Below, piece by piece: positions 40,890 to 51,591 of a DNA stretch of 64,000 nucleotides. Under the pieces are notes generated by a model that saw nothing but the letters and a program-made list of their open reading frames with translations, was not told the origin of the DNA and ran no database searches. The first letter of the stretch is position 1; every line of letters begins with the position of its first letter. The position numbers and the translations under genes were made by a program. The DNA is from Burkholderiaceae bacterium (GTDB lineage Bacteria; Pseudomonadota; Gammaproteobacteria; Burkholderiales; Burkholderiaceae_C): positions 10,199 through 74,198 of the forward strand of contig JBKBUN010000001.1 of assembly GCA_046289925.1 (NCBI GenBank), given 5' to 3'.

Positions 40890-42131
40890 TTATAAAGCGA
40901 GGTCATTCACCGCCAGAATGCCCATCAAAATCGAGACGATGATGGTGGCAATGACCAGCCCCATGACCAAGATGAGGGCAGGCTCCAGCAGGGTCAGCAG
41001 GCGTTTGATGCCGTTTTCCACGTCGCGGTTCAATATGTTGGCAAGTTCCAGCATCATCGGGCCGATACGCCCTGTTTCTTCGCCGACGCGGATCAGATTG
41101 ATGGCCAGGGGCTCGAAAATGCCGGTGGCCACAGCCGCCTGCACCACACGCCCCCCTTCCTTGACGATGGGCGCCACCTTGGCTAGTGCCTGACGCAACA
41201 CCACATTGCTGACGGTCTCTGTGGCGATGTGCACGGCGGCGAGCAAAGGCACACCGTTGCCTAGCAGTGTCCCCAGAGAGCGAGAGAACAGCGTGAGCTG
41301 GTACTTGAGCACCAGCGGCCCTACGAGTGGGAGCCCCAGAAGTCGCACTTGCCACCATTGCCGCCCGGCGGGTGTCTTCCACCAACGCGCCACCCAGACG
41401 CCGACCAGGCCCAAGCCTGCGGCGATGAAAAGCCCATAACTCCGAAACACATCACCCGCCATCACCACCAACCGGGTCGGCAGCGGCAAGGCGTCGCCCA
41501 TGTCGGCGAAAAGCTTCTGAAACTGCGGCACCACGAAACCCAACATGACCGTCACCGACAACACGGCAACCACCAGCAGGATGGTGGGATAGATGGTGGC
41601 GGACACGACGTTGTCGCGCAGTGCACGCTGTCGCTCCATGTGCTCGACAAGGCGGTCGAGTACTGCCGACAGTTGGCCGCTGGCTTCACCCGAGCGGATC
41701 ATGTTGACGTAGAAATCGCCAAAGAGATCCGGGTGCCTGGCAAGCGCGCGGCTCAACGGGGTGCCTGTCTTGACAGCGGCCAGCACGCCCTCCAGAAGAG
41801 TCCGCACACTGGCCTTGTAGCTCATTTCGATGAGCACGCGCAGAGCGTTGTCGAGCGCCAGTCCGGCGCGCAGCATGATGGCCAGCTCTGAGGTCAGAGT
41901 CAGCACATCGGCGGCGTTTGCAGGCCCGCGAGACGACCGCGAGGACGGCCGCTGAACGCCGATACCGGGTAATTCGCCCGACACGGCAGCACCAACCGTC
42001 GTCTCCAGCGCGATCGGCGTGAGCCCCTGCGCCCGCAATTGCCGCAGCAGGGCGGCTTCACTTGCGGCGCTGGTGCGGCCTTCCTGTACTTTGCCGGATG
42101 CCGACACCGCCTTCCATGCGAAATCAGGCAT
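40890..42131 (-). CDS. gspF: T2SS inner-membrane platform protein F
   Basis: GEASGQL, VVPQF, LPLPT, GEETG, LLEP. Confidence 0.94.
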   Translation of the reverse strand: MPDFAWKAVSASGKVQEGRTSAASEAALLRQLRAQGLTPIALETTVGAAVSGELPGIGVQRPSSRSSRGPANAADVLTLTSELAIMLRAGLALDNALRVLIEMSYKASVRTLLEGVLAAVKTGTPLSRALARHPDLFGDFYVNMIRSGEASGQLSAVLDRLVEHMERQRALRDNVVSATIYPTILLVVAVLSVTVMLGFVVPQFQKLFADMGDALPLPTRLVVMAGDVFRSYGLFIAAGLGLVGVWVARWWKTPAGRQWWQVRLLGLPLVGPLVLKYQLTLFSRSLGTLLGNGVPLLAAVHIATETVSNVVLRQALAKVAPIVKEGGRVVQAAVATGIFEPLAINLIRVGEETGRIGPMMLELANILNRDVENGIKRLLTLLEPALILVMGLVIATIIVSILMGILAVNDLAL

Positions 42132-43851
42132 CGTTCTGGTCCTGGGTGACACGGGCCAGTTCGTCCAATGTGGTCACGCCGGCCGCAACTTTGCGAAGCC
42201 CGTCTTCATGCAGGCTCAACATGCCTCGATCGGCTGCCAAGCTGTGCAAGGCTGCGGCATCCCGGCCTTCGAGCACGGCCTGCCGCATGACGTCGTCCAG
42301 CACCAGCAACTCATGGATGCCTGTACGGCCGCGGTATCCGGTGCCACGGCAGTGATCGCAGCCTACGGCCTTGTACAAAGGCGCACCGGGCTGCATGAAC
42401 CGCTCAAGCCCCGTCGCTTGCAGCAGATCTTGCGACGCGGGCTCAGACTGCTTGCATTGCTCGCACAAAGTACGCACCAGCCGCTGGGCCAGGACACCGT
42501 TGACAGCAGAGGTTATCAAATAACGCTCTACGCCCATGTCCTGCATGCGGATGACCGCACCTGCTGCCGTGTTGGTGTGCAGCGTGGACAGCACCAGATG
42601 CCCGGTCAGCGCCGACTGCACCGCGATCTGCGCCGTTTCCCCGTCGCGCATTTCGCCGATCATGATGATGTCGGGGTCCTGGCGCAGAATGGAGCGCAGT
42701 GCGTTCGCAAAAGTCAGATTGATCTGGGAATGGACCTGGATTTGATTGATGCCTTCGAGTTGGTACTCGACAGGGTCCTCCACCGTGATGATCTTCTGCA
42801 CGCTGGAATCGAGCTTGGACAAAGCCGCGTAAAGAGTCGTCGTCTTGCCGGAGCCGGTCGGGCCTGTGACCAGCAGGATGCCGTGTGGCCGCTCCAGAAG
42901 CTCACGAAACCGGGAGAGCGTGTCCTGCGCAAAGCCCATCGTGTCGAGTTCAAGGCGCACGCTGGCACGATCCAGCACACGCATGACCACGCTCTCGCCG
43001 TGAACGGTGGGAACGGTGGACACACGCAGATCCAGCTCACGTCCTTTGACGCGGGTCTTGATACGCCCGTCCTGGGGCAAGCGTCGCTCGGCAATGTCGA
43101 GATGCGCAAGCAGTTTGATCCGCGAACTGACCGCTGCTCCATGGCGCGGCGCAATCACCTCGGCGTTGTGGATCACACCGTCGACTCGGTAACGCACATG
43201 CACACCATCGTCGAAAGGCTCCAAGTGGATATCGGACGCACGCAACTCCGTCACACGCCCAATGATGGTGTTGACCAGGCGAATCACCGGCGCTTCGCTG
43301 GCCAGGTCTTTCAAATGCTCAACAAACTCGCCCGAATCAAACTCTCCGGCTACGCCTGATTCGCCTTCATCCGCTGCCCCAGGGTCGGACAGCGCGCGCT
43401 CGATATCGGACTCCAGAGCCAGATGGGGGCGCACTGCGCGGCCAGATGCCAGACGAAGAGCCTTGATAACAAATATATCCTGGGGTGTCGTCATGGCCAC
43501 ATCCAGAAAACGCTCGTCAAAACCCAGTACGCACACCCCGTGGGTCTGCAGGAAATCTGGCAACACCCCTGGCACCTCGGGCATCACCGCCGGGAAGGCG
43601 TCTGCAGCCACAAAAGGGATTTCCAACTGCCGTGACAACGTCTGTGCAACATCCAGTTCCGACACCAAACCCAGTTGAATGAGCACACGCCCCAGCAGGC
43701 TGCCCATTTCAGCCTGCGCGGACAACGCCCGCTCCAGGTCGCGCGCGTTGATCTTCCCGGCCTCCAGGAGAAGTTCCCCCAGGCGTGGGCGGGATGCAGC
43801 GGGGTGTCCGGAGGGCTCTCCGGGACGGGTTTCAAGGAGTTCCGTGGTCAT
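42124..43851 (-). CDS. gspE: T2SS ATPase E with MshEN-like N-terminal domain
   Basis: RLGELLL..G; GPTGSGKTT; LRQDPDIIMIGE; Cys4 motif. Confidence 0.95.
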   Translation of the reverse strand: MTTELLETRPGEPSGHPAASRPRLGELLLEAGKINARDLERALSAQAEMGSLLGRVLIQLGLVSELDVAQTLSRQLEIPFVAADAFPAVMPEVPGVLPDFLQTHGVCVLGFDERFLDVAMTTPQDIFVIKALRLASGRAVRPHLALESDIERALSDPGAADEGESGVAGEFDSGEFVEHLKDLASEAPVIRLVNTIIGRVTELRASDIHLEPFDDGVHVRYRVDGVIHNAEVIAPRHGAAVSSRIKLLAHLDIAERRLPQDGRIKTRVKGRELDLRVSTVPTVHGESVVMRVLDRASVRLELDTMGFAQDTLSRFRELLERPHGILLVTGPTGSGKTTTLYAALSKLDSSVQKIITVEDPVEYQLEGINQIQVHSQINLTFANALRSILRQDPDIIMIGEMRDGETAQIAVQSALTGHLVLSTLHTNTAAGAVIRMQDMGVERYLITSAVNGVLAQRLVRTLCEQCKQSEPASQDLLQATGLERFMQPGAPLYKAVGCDHCRGTGYRGRTGIHELLVLDDVMRQAVLEGRDAAALHSLAADRGMLSLHEDGLRKVAAGVTTLDELARVTQDQNDA

Positions 43852-43975
43852 ACGTTGTCTGCGCAACAGGGAGGGGGGTCTGCGCGCTGTAAAGGCCAGC
43901 CGGTGTGGCGGCGCATGCAAGTGTAGCCGCCGTGCGTTAGCCAAGTTGCGCGCCTGCCGAGGCACACTGGAGGGC

Positions 43976-45871
43976 ATGCCCGATCAACTAGAAGCTTCTG
44001 AGAACATCTGTGTGCACACGCCACTGCGCATTGCACAGTACTCCGCTGCCATCGCCGTTCTGGTCGCAGGCGCTGCGGGCGTCATGCTGCATGGACAACC
44101 TTGGGCACAAACCCACACTGCGGAGCGCTTGCTGCTGGCACCCATGATCGGTGTGCTGGAGCCCTGCATTCTCACGGGATTCCCCGAGGGTAACCGGAAC
44201 GCGCCTGAGGATCTTGAGACTCTCTGCGCGGGCCCCGACGGATCGGCGGCCGCTCTGGTGGAAAGTACGCTCCAGGCCATCGACGACAGGATATCGCCAC
44301 CACGGTTTCCGGTGGGATATACGCTTGCAGTTCCCCTGCTGCATCTGTTTCGCCAAGAGGCGGGGCACTGGGTGATCGACACTACAGTGCGAGACCGCTT
44401 CCTGCGGACGGTACAACACACGGATCGCCCAGTGGTGCTGTACCTCTTTTCGACCCACTTTTCGACGACGTCGCCTCTGGAAAAGTTACTGGCCGCCGAT
44501 CCCCGCAACCTCGCAGAAACAGCGCAGGGGCCGATGGGCCCGGACCAGTACTACGGCGCGCCCATTCACCACTGGAGCGTTGCCCGGATGGACAACGACA
44601 TCACACTGCGCCGCGAGCAGGCCGTCGATGCGCTGATGGCCGGCATCTGTGCGCTGCCTCCGAAAGACCGTCGCAAGATCCGCGCCGTCACCATATTGGG
44701 CGAGACACATCATTTTTTCCCGCAGTTTGAAACCGGCATGGGATTTGCACGCCCGTACCGTATGTCGGACTACTCCCGCGCGTCGCTTGAAGGCTTTCGA
44801 CACTTTCTGCGCAAACGTTTCGGTGAGGTGGCAGCACTCAACCAAGCGCTCGGGAGCTCTTTTGCCGCCTTCGACGACGTGCCCGCACCGTCTCGCGATA
44901 TCCGCAGCGAGACCCTCAGCCACGTTTTTGAACATCTGGATGGATTCGCCGGTGGTGTGCTGCCCGTCAGCGGCTGGATGCATGCGCCAGACGAACCGGT
45001 CGTCACCTTGCAGTTGTGGCGCAATGGCGCCCTGGAGGCCACGACGCACAACCATCTGAACCGGCAGGATGTGCTGGAGGCAAAGCCCGAGTTGGGCCAT
45101 GCGCTGACCGGCTGGCGCTGGGACTTGGACGTACGTCACTGGCCCCGAGGCCAGCATCGTCTCGACATCTACGCCAAGACCCGGCAAGGCCTCCACCATC
45201 TGGGCACACGGCATGTGACCTACATGGAGCGCGATCAACAACCGGTGCTGCCGCAACCGGTGCGTCCACTCCCCGCAGCGCTCCCCCCCCCCGCGCACTG
45301 GTCTTTTGCGTGGGATCACCCGGCTGAGGCGCTGGATGTCTTCTACAACCCGCTGGTTCCGCTGTGGCACGCGTTCCGCGAAGAGCAGGTGCGCGACTAT
45401 CTCCAGCATTTTGCGCAGCGGGCACGGCAGGCATGCCCATCACTGGCTGCGCCGATGTCGACCCACCAGATCTTCCCCTACGCCAACCCGAGTTGGGATG
45501 CGCACAAGTTCGCCGTGGGGGCGTCACTCGACCGCAGCAGCGGTCTTGCGCTCGGCGTGAGTCTGTATGGTGAAGCCGCCTATGGGTCGTCGTTCAAGCG
45601 TTGGTGGGCTGCCAGCGCGCACCGCAGCTACGGCGTGACAGAGTTTCACCCGCTGAAACCTCTGACCGCCAAGGAACTTCACGCCGTCCTGGCTGCCCAC
45701 GAACGCCAGGGGGCACGGTTCGTGTCGTTTTTTCTGGAGCCCCGCTGGCAAGGGCGTCTGCTCGAACGTGGTCACAACCCCTTTTCCTTCGACCCGGATA
45801 ACACCGCACATGCGTCTGACGTGCTGTACCGCTCCACGCAGCAGTTGCTTCAAGGACGCCCGAATCCCTGA
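43976..45871 (+). CDS. Exported/anchored GH42-like (clan GH-A) glycoside hydrolase-fold protein
   Basis: N-terminal hydrophobic helix; FRHFLRKRFGEVAALNQALG resembles GH42; LGE and VTEF candidate catalytic glutamates; start uncertain. Confidence 0.6.
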   Translation: MPDQLEASENICVHTPLRIAQYSAAIAVLVAGAAGVMLHGQPWAQTHTAERLLLAPMIGVLEPCILTGFPEGNRNAPEDLETLCAGPDGSAAALVESTLQAIDDRISPPRFPVGYTLAVPLLHLFRQEAGHWVIDTTVRDRFLRTVQHTDRPVVLYLFSTHFSTTSPLEKLLAADPRNLAETAQGPMGPDQYYGAPIHHWSVARMDNDITLRREQAVDALMAGICALPPKDRRKIRAVTILGETHHFFPQFETGMGFARPYRMSDYSRASLEGFRHFLRKRFGEVAALNQALGSSFAAFDDVPAPSRDIRSETLSHVFEHLDGFAGGVLPVSGWMHAPDEPVVTLQLWRNGALEATTHNHLNRQDVLEAKPELGHALTGWRWDLDVRHWPRGQHRLDIYAKTRQGLHHLGTRHVTYMERDQQPVLPQPVRPLPAALPPPAHWSFAWDHPAEALDVFYNPLVPLWHAFREEQVRDYLQHFAQRARQACPSLAAPMSTHQIFPYANPSWDAHKFAVGASLDRSSGLALGVSLYGEAAYGSSFKRWWAASAHRSYGVTEFHPLKPLTAKELHAVLAAHERQGARFVSFFLEPRWQGRLLERGHNPFSFDPDNTAHASDVLYRSTQQLLQGRPNP

Positions 45872-45895
45872 ACCAAGCACTTGCTCGCGGATCGC

Positions 45896-46441
45896 TCAGG
45901 CAAAAAACTCCGCGTCCTGCCACAGCGGCGCCGCCGCGTCCTTGCCCGACAACTGCGGCGCTCCGTCAAAAGGCCACTCGATGCCGATGTGAGGGTCGTC
46001 CCACCGCACCGCGCGCTCATGGGCGGGGGCATAGTAGTCGGTGGTCTTGTAGAGAAAGTCCGCCGTCTCGCTGAGCACCACAAAGCCGTGGGCAAAACCC
46101 GGTGGAACCCAGAGCTGGTGCTGGTTATCCTCGCTCAACTCGGCCCCCACCCAGCGGCCGAAGGTGGGTGATGAGCGGCGCATGTCCACTGCCACATCAA
46201 ATACCCGGCCGCGGGCGACGCGCACCAGCTTGCCCTGGGCCTGACGGATCTGGTAGTGCAGCCCACGCAGCACCCCACGGGCGCTGCGGCTGTGGTTGTC
46301 CTGCACGAACTGATACTGGGTGCCCGTGACCTCGTCAAAGGCTTTCTGGTTGAAGCTTTCGAAGAAGAATCCACGGCTATCACCGAACACCTGAGGTTCG
46401 ATGAGCACCACTTCGGGGATGGCGAGGCGCGTTGCCTTCAT
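45896..46441 (-). CDS. rfbC: dTDP-4-dehydrorhamnose 3,5-epimerase
   Basis: DSRGFFFE, LRGLHYQ, GFAHGF. Confidence 0.96.
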   Translation of the reverse strand: MKATRLAIPEVVLIEPQVFGDSRGFFFESFNQKAFDEVTGTQYQFVQDNHSRSARGVLRGLHYQIRQAQGKLVRVARGRVFDVAVDMRRSSPTFGRWVGAELSEDNQHQLWVPPGFAHGFVVLSETADFLYKTTDYYAPAHERAVRWDDPHIGIEWPFDGAPQLSGKDAAAPLWQDAEFFA

Positions 46442-47325
46442 CAATAGACCTTTTCTTTGAGCAAGCGCTGCAGGTACTGGCCGTAGCCGTTCTTGGCCAG
46501 GGGGGCGGCTAGCTTCTCAAGCTGCGCGGCGTCGATCCAGCCGTTGCGCCAGGCGATTTCTTCGGGGCAGGCGATCTTCAGGCCCTGGCGGTGTTCCAGC
46601 GTGGCGATGAATTGTCCGGCCTCCAGCAGGCTTTCGTGCGTGCCTGTGTCGAGCCACGCGTAGCCCCGGCCCATGATCTCCACGCTCAGTTGCCCCTGCT
46701 CCAGGTACAGGCGGTTCAGGTCGGTGATTTCCAGTTCGCCCCGGGCAGACGGTTTGAGGCGTTGGGCCAGTTCCACCACTTGGGCGTCGTAGAAGTACAG
46801 ACCCGTCACCGCGTAACTGGAGCGTGGCTGCGCAGGCTTTTCTTCGATGCTGAGCACCCGGCCGGTTGCGTCGAACTCCGCCACGCCGTAGCGCTCGGGA
46901 TCGTTCACGTGGTAGGCAAACACGCTGGCACCCTGCGTGCGGGACATGGCGTGGCCCAGCAGCTCATGGAAATCATGGCCGTAGAAAATGTTGTCGCCCA
47001 GCACGAGGGCGCTGGGGCTGCCCGCCAGGAAGGCCTCGCCGATCAGGAACGCCTGGGCCAAACCGTCTGGGCTGGGCTGCACGGCGTACTGCAGGTTCAA
47101 CCCCCATTGGTGACCGTTGCCCAATAGCTGTTCAAAGCGCGGGGTGTCTTGCGGGGTGCTGATGAGAAGGATGTCCCGGATGCCTGCCAGCATCAGTGTG
47201 CTCAGCGGGTAGTACACCATGGGCTTGTCGTACACCGGCAGCAGTTGTTTGCTGATGGCCAGCGTGGCCGGGTGTAAACGGGTGCCGGAACCTCCGGCGA
47301 GGATGATGCCTTTGCGTGCGTTCAT
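46441..47325 (-). CDS. rfbA: Glucose-1-phosphate thymidylyltransferase
   Basis: [23 protein letters not shown]. Confidence 0.97.
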   Translation of the reverse strand: MNARKGIILAGGSGTRLHPATLAISKQLLPVYDKPMVYYPLSTLMLAGIRDILLISTPQDTPRFEQLLGNGHQWGLNLQYAVQPSPDGLAQAFLIGEAFLAGSPSALVLGDNIFYGHDFHELLGHAMSRTQGASVFAYHVNDPERYGVAEFDATGRVLSIEEKPAQPRSSYAVTGLYFYDAQVVELAQRLKPSARGELEITDLNRLYLEQGQLSVEIMGRGYAWLDTGTHESLLEAGQFIATLEHRQGLKIACPEEIAWRNGWIDAAQLEKLAAPLAKNGYGQYLQRLLKEKVY

Positions 47326-48227
47326 AGCGTCTCTTGCAGCATGCGGGCCACGCCTTGCTGCCAGTGAGGCAAGCGCAGGCCGAACGTGGACTGAAGCTTG
47401 TCGGCGGCCAGGCGCGAATTGTGCGGTCGTACGGCGGGCGTGGGGAAGGCGCTGGTGGGCACAGGGGCCACTTCGGATACCTTCCAGGGCAGGTCTGGCC
47501 GCAGGGCGCGCGCCTGGTCGATGACGAAGCGCGCGTAGCGGTTCCAGGTGGTCTCGCCCTGCGCCACCAGGTGATAGAGGCCTCCGTCCTGCGGGCTGCG
47601 CAGCAAGTGGCGCACGGCATGTGCCGTGACATCGGCCAGCAGTTCAGCCCCCGTGGGAGCGCCCCACTGGTCGTCGATGACGGTCAGGCGCTCGCGCTCC
47701 TGGGCCAGGCGCAGCATGGTCTTGGCAAAGTTGCCGCCGCGGGCGGCGTACACCCAGCTGGTGCGCAGAATCAGGTGCTGGCAACCAGACGCCTGGATCG
47801 CACGCTCTCCCTCCAGCTTGGTGCGACCGTACACCGACAGCGGGGCCGGTGTGTCCCCCTCCCGCCACGGACGTTCGCCACTGCCGTCAAACACATAGTC
47901 GGTGCTGTAGTGCACCAGCCAGGCACCGATGCGTGCGGCGGCTTCCGCCAGCACTGCGGGAGCGGTGGCGTTGATCGTGCGGGCCAGATCGGGTTCGCTC
48001 TCGGCCTTGTCCACCGCGGTGTGGGCGGCGGCGTTGACGATGAGCTGCGGAGCCAGCGCCCGAACCGTTGCGGCCAGCTCGTCGGGACGCGTGAAATCAC
48101 CGCAGAAGTCGGTGCTGTCATGGTCCAGGGCCGTGACCTCTCCCAGTGGCGCGAGGCTTCGCTGAAGCTCCCAGCCCACCTGCCCGCCCTTGCCGAGCAG
48201 CAGGATGCGCAGCGGCGCGCCGCTCAT
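47322..48227 (-). CDS. rfbD: dTDP-4-dehydrorhamnose reductase
   Basis: [20 protein letters not shown]. Confidence 0.96.
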   Translation of the reverse strand: MSGAPLRILLLGKGGQVGWELQRSLAPLGEVTALDHDSTDFCGDFTRPDELAATVRALAPQLIVNAAAHTAVDKAESEPDLARTINATAPAVLAEAAARIGAWLVHYSTDYVFDGSGERPWREGDTPAPLSVYGRTKLEGERAIQASGCQHLILRTSWVYAARGGNFAKTMLRLAQERERLTVIDDQWGAPTGAELLADVTAHAVRHLLRSPQDGGLYHLVAQGETTWNRYARFVIDQARALRPDLPWKVSEVAPVPTSAFPTPAVRPHNSRLAADKLQSTFGLRLPHWQQGVARMLQETL

Positions 48228-49297
48228 GCTGCCGCCCCAGCCTCTGCGTATTGGGTTTGCACCCACTGACGATAGGCCCCGGTCTGCACCTGGGCCACCC
48301 AGTCGGCGTTGTCCAGATACCAGCGCACCGTTTTGCGGATGCCGGTCTCGAAAGTCTCTGCTGGCTTCCAGCCCAGTTCGCGCTCGATCTTGCGGGCGTC
48401 AATCGCATACCGGCGGTCGTGTCCCGGCCGATCTTTCACATAGGTGATCTGGGTGCGGTAGCTCTGCCCGTCGCTGCGGGGTCGCAGTTCATCAAGCAGC
48501 GTACAGATGGTGTGGACGATCTCGATATTGGGCTTTTCGTTCCAGCCGCCCACGTTGTAGGTCTCGCCCGGCTGCCCGGCCTCCAGCACGCGGCGGATGG
48601 CGCTGCAGTGGTCGCGCACATAGAGCCAGTCGCGGATCTGCTGACCGTCGCCATACACCGGCAGCGACTTGCCCGCGAGGGCGTTCACGATCATCAGCGG
48701 AATCAGCTTCTCGGGAAAGTGATAGGGCCCATAGTTGTTGCTGCAGTGGGTGGTGAGTACCGGCAGGCCGAAGGTGTGGTGCCAGGCACGCACCAGATGG
48801 TCCGACGCCGCCTTGCTGGCGCTGTAGGGGCTGTTGGGCTCGTAGCGGTGCTGCTCTGTAAACGCGGGCGCTGCGGCCTCGAGCGAGCCATACACCTCGT
48901 CCGTGGAGACATGCAGCAAGCGGAAGGCTGCGCGCGCCGCGTCGTCCAGCCCCGCCCAATGGCCGCGCACCGATTCCAGCAGACGGAACGTGCCTACCAC
49001 GTTGGTCTGGATGAAGTCTTCCGGACCGTGGATGGATCGGTCCACATGCGACTCGGCCGCAAAGTTGATGACCGCACGGGGCCGGTGCTGCGCGAGCAAC
49101 TGCCCCACCAGCGCGGTATCGCCGATATCGCCTTGCACAAAGATGTGCCGTGCATCGCTCTGCAGGCTGGCAAGGTTATGCAGGTTGCCAGCGTAGGTGA
49201 GCTTGTCGAGATTGACGACCGGCTCGTCATAGTGCGCGAGCCAGTCCAGCACGAAGTTGGCGCCGATGAAGCCGGCGCCGCCAGTGACCAAAATCAT
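48224..49297 (-). CDS. rfbB: dTDP-glucose 4,6-dehydratase
   Basis: [30 protein letters not shown]. Confidence 0.97.
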   Translation of the reverse strand: MILVTGGAGFIGANFVLDWLAHYDEPVVNLDKLTYAGNLHNLASLQSDARHIFVQGDIGDTALVGQLLAQHRPRAVINFAAESHVDRSIHGPEDFIQTNVVGTFRLLESVRGHWAGLDDAARAAFRLLHVSTDEVYGSLEAAAPAFTEQHRYEPNSPYSASKAASDHLVRAWHHTFGLPVLTTHCSNNYGPYHFPEKLIPLMIVNALAGKSLPVYGDGQQIRDWLYVRDHCSAIRRVLEAGQPGETYNVGGWNEKPNIEIVHTICTLLDELRPRSDGQSYRTQITYVKDRPGHDRRYAIDARKIERELGWKPAETFETGIRKTVRWYLDNADWVAQVQTGAYRQWVQTQYAEAGAAA

Positions 49298-49393
49298 GGG
49301 AAAGGGCGGTGCGATGCGCCTTGCGGCAAAGCGCAGATTATCCCACCCTGACCACGCGTGCGCCGCCCGCACACCGGGCGGCGGACACAGGCC

Positions 49394-51379
49394 TCAGAAG
49401 TGGATGCCGCGCATCATCTGCTGCAGGGCCAGTGCTTCGGCCGACAGCTGCGGCTTGGCCTCTTTGCCACCCTGGGCCGCCGCGGAGTCTGGGAACATGC
49501 GGAAGCTGGTGTTCATCACGATCTGCGCGACGCGCGGCACCAGCGCGTGCAGCACCTGGCCCGTGATACCCAGGCGCGTGGCAATGCGCACCGGCTTGAA
49601 GATGCAGGCCTGAGCGACCAGGTCTGCAGCTTCCTCGGGGCTGAGCGTGGGCACGTTGTTGTAGATCTTGGTGGGCGCAATCATGGGGGTGCGCACCAAG
49701 GGCATGTTGATGGTGGTGAAGGTGATGCCCTGGTCCGCGAACTCGCTCGATGCGCAGCGCGTCCACGCGTCCAACGCCGCCTTGCTGGCCACGTAAGCCG
49801 AAAAGCGCGGCGCGTTGGTGAGCACGCCGATGGAGCTGATGTTGACGATGTGGCCCTTGCGCTTTTGCACCATGGAGGGCAGCAGCCCCATGGTCACGCG
49901 CAGGCAGCCGAAGTAGTTGAGCTGCATGGTGCGCTCGAAGTCGTGGAAGCGGTCGTAGCTCGACTCGATGGCGCGGCGAATGGACCGCCCGGCGTTGTTG
50001 ATGAGGAAATCCACCCCCCCATGGTCGGCAATGAGCTGCCGCACGAAGCGGTCGCAGTCCTGCATGTCGGCAATGTCCACGGCATATGCGATGAAGGCAT
50101 AGCCCTTGTCTTGGGCCTCCTGGCAGGCGGCGTCGAGCTTGTCTTGGTCGCGTCCGCAGATGATGGTGGTGGCACCCGCCTCGGCAAACTTGTGCGCCGC
50201 CGCCAGGCCGATGCCCGAAGAGCCGCCCGTGACCAGCACCACCTTGCCTGCCACCGTGCCTTTGAGCGAGCGGTCGATGAACAGCTCGGGGTCGAGATGG
50301 CGCTCCCAGTAGTCCCACAACCGCCAGGCATAGTCGCGCAGGTTGGGGCAGCTCACGCCCGAGCCCTTGAGTGCCGCCAGCGTCTCACGGCAGTCAAAGC
50401 GCGTGGGGTAGTTCACGAAGGTGAGCATGTCCTCTGGCAGACCCAGGTCCTTCATGATGGCGTTGCGCACGCGGCGCACCGGCGCCAGCGCCATCAGGCT
50501 CTTTTTCACGCCCTTGGGAATGAAGCCCAACAGCGCGGCATTGACGAACAGGTTCATGCGTGGCGCATGCGCAGCGCGGCTGAAGATGTCGAGTACATCG
50601 CCCACGCGGTAGCCCACGGGGTCCACCAGGTGGTAGCACTTGCGGTCGATGGCCTGCTGGTGGCTGATGACGGCCAGCGCGTTGACCACGAAATCCACGG
50701 GGACGATGTTCACCCGCCCGCCTTCCAGCCCCACCGACGGCATCCAGGGCGGCAGCAGCTGGCGCAGGCGCTGGATCAGCTTGAAGAAGTAGTACGGGCC
50801 GTCGATCTTGTCCATCTCGCCCGTGGTGCTGTCGCCCACCACCATGGCCGGGCGGTATACCGTCCAGGGCACCTTGCAGTCTTCGCGCACGATGCGCTCG
50901 CTCTCGTGCTTGGTGCGAAAGTACGGATGGTCCAGGCCCTCGGCCTCTTCGAACATGTCTTCGCGGAACACGCCTTCATACAGACCCGCGGCCGCGATGG
51001 ACGACACATGGTGCAGGCGAGCTGCGTCGATGGCCTTGGCCAGGTCGATGGTGTTGCGCGTGCCGTCGACGTTGACCGCGATCTGCGACTCTTCGTCGGC
51101 CGACAAGTCGTAGATAGCGGCCAAATGATAGAAGTGGTCCACCTGCCCTTTGAGCTTCTTGATGTCCTCGGCCGATACGCCGAGCTTTTTGGCCTTCAGG
51201 TCACCGTACACCGGCACCGCACGGCTCGGCCCTACGCCCCAGTAGGCGCGCAGATCGGCCACTTTGTCGGCGCTTTCCTTGCGCAACAAAAAATGCACGA
51301 CCGTGCCTTTGCGCTCGAGCAGCTTCTTGACCAGCCGCTTGCCAATGAACCCCGTTGCACCCGTCACGAAATACTGCAT
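49394..51379 (-). CDS. Two-domain SDR, fatty acyl-CoA reductase-like
   Basis: N-terminal TGATGFIG/YFRTK and C-terminal TGGSSGIG/NNAGRSIRR/YVASK; AGGAG RBS. Confidence 0.88.
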   Translation of the reverse strand: MQYFVTGATGFIGKRLVKKLLERKGTVVHFLLRKESADKVADLRAYWGVGPSRAVPVYGDLKAKKLGVSAEDIKKLKGQVDHFYHLAAIYDLSADEESQIAVNVDGTRNTIDLAKAIDAARLHHVSSIAAAGLYEGVFREDMFEEAEGLDHPYFRTKHESERIVREDCKVPWTVYRPAMVVGDSTTGEMDKIDGPYYFFKLIQRLRQLLPPWMPSVGLEGGRVNIVPVDFVVNALAVISHQQAIDRKCYHLVDPVGYRVGDVLDIFSRAAHAPRMNLFVNAALLGFIPKGVKKSLMALAPVRRVRNAIMKDLGLPEDMLTFVNYPTRFDCRETLAALKGSGVSCPNLRDYAWRLWDYWERHLDPELFIDRSLKGTVAGKVVLVTGGSSGIGLAAAHKFAEAGATTIICGRDQDKLDAACQEAQDKGYAFIAYAVDIADMQDCDRFVRQLIADHGGVDFLINNAGRSIRRAIESSYDRFHDFERTMQLNYFGCLRVTMGLLPSMVQKRKGHIVNISSIGVLTNAPRFSAYVASKAALDAWTRCASSEFADQGITFTTINMPLVRTPMIAPTKIYNNVPTLSPEEAADLVAQACIFKPVRIATRLGITGQVLHALVPRVAQIVMNTSFRMFPDSAAAQGGKEAKPQLSAEALALQQMMRGIHF

Positions 51380-51591
51380 AACCACTCCTGTGAGAACGGG
51401 CCATTCTTGCGCAAGCGCGAAAGCCGCCGATTCAGCAAAAACCCGTGGCGCGGGCCGCAGACTGTAGACGGGCGGCTCTACGTTTTTAGGATCGCACGCC
51501 TACACCTGCACGGGCTCGCGGCGTACAGTGCATGCATGGGCCGGGGGCACCACCGCACCGGCTTACCCGTTCACCCATCCCGGAGGTTCCC

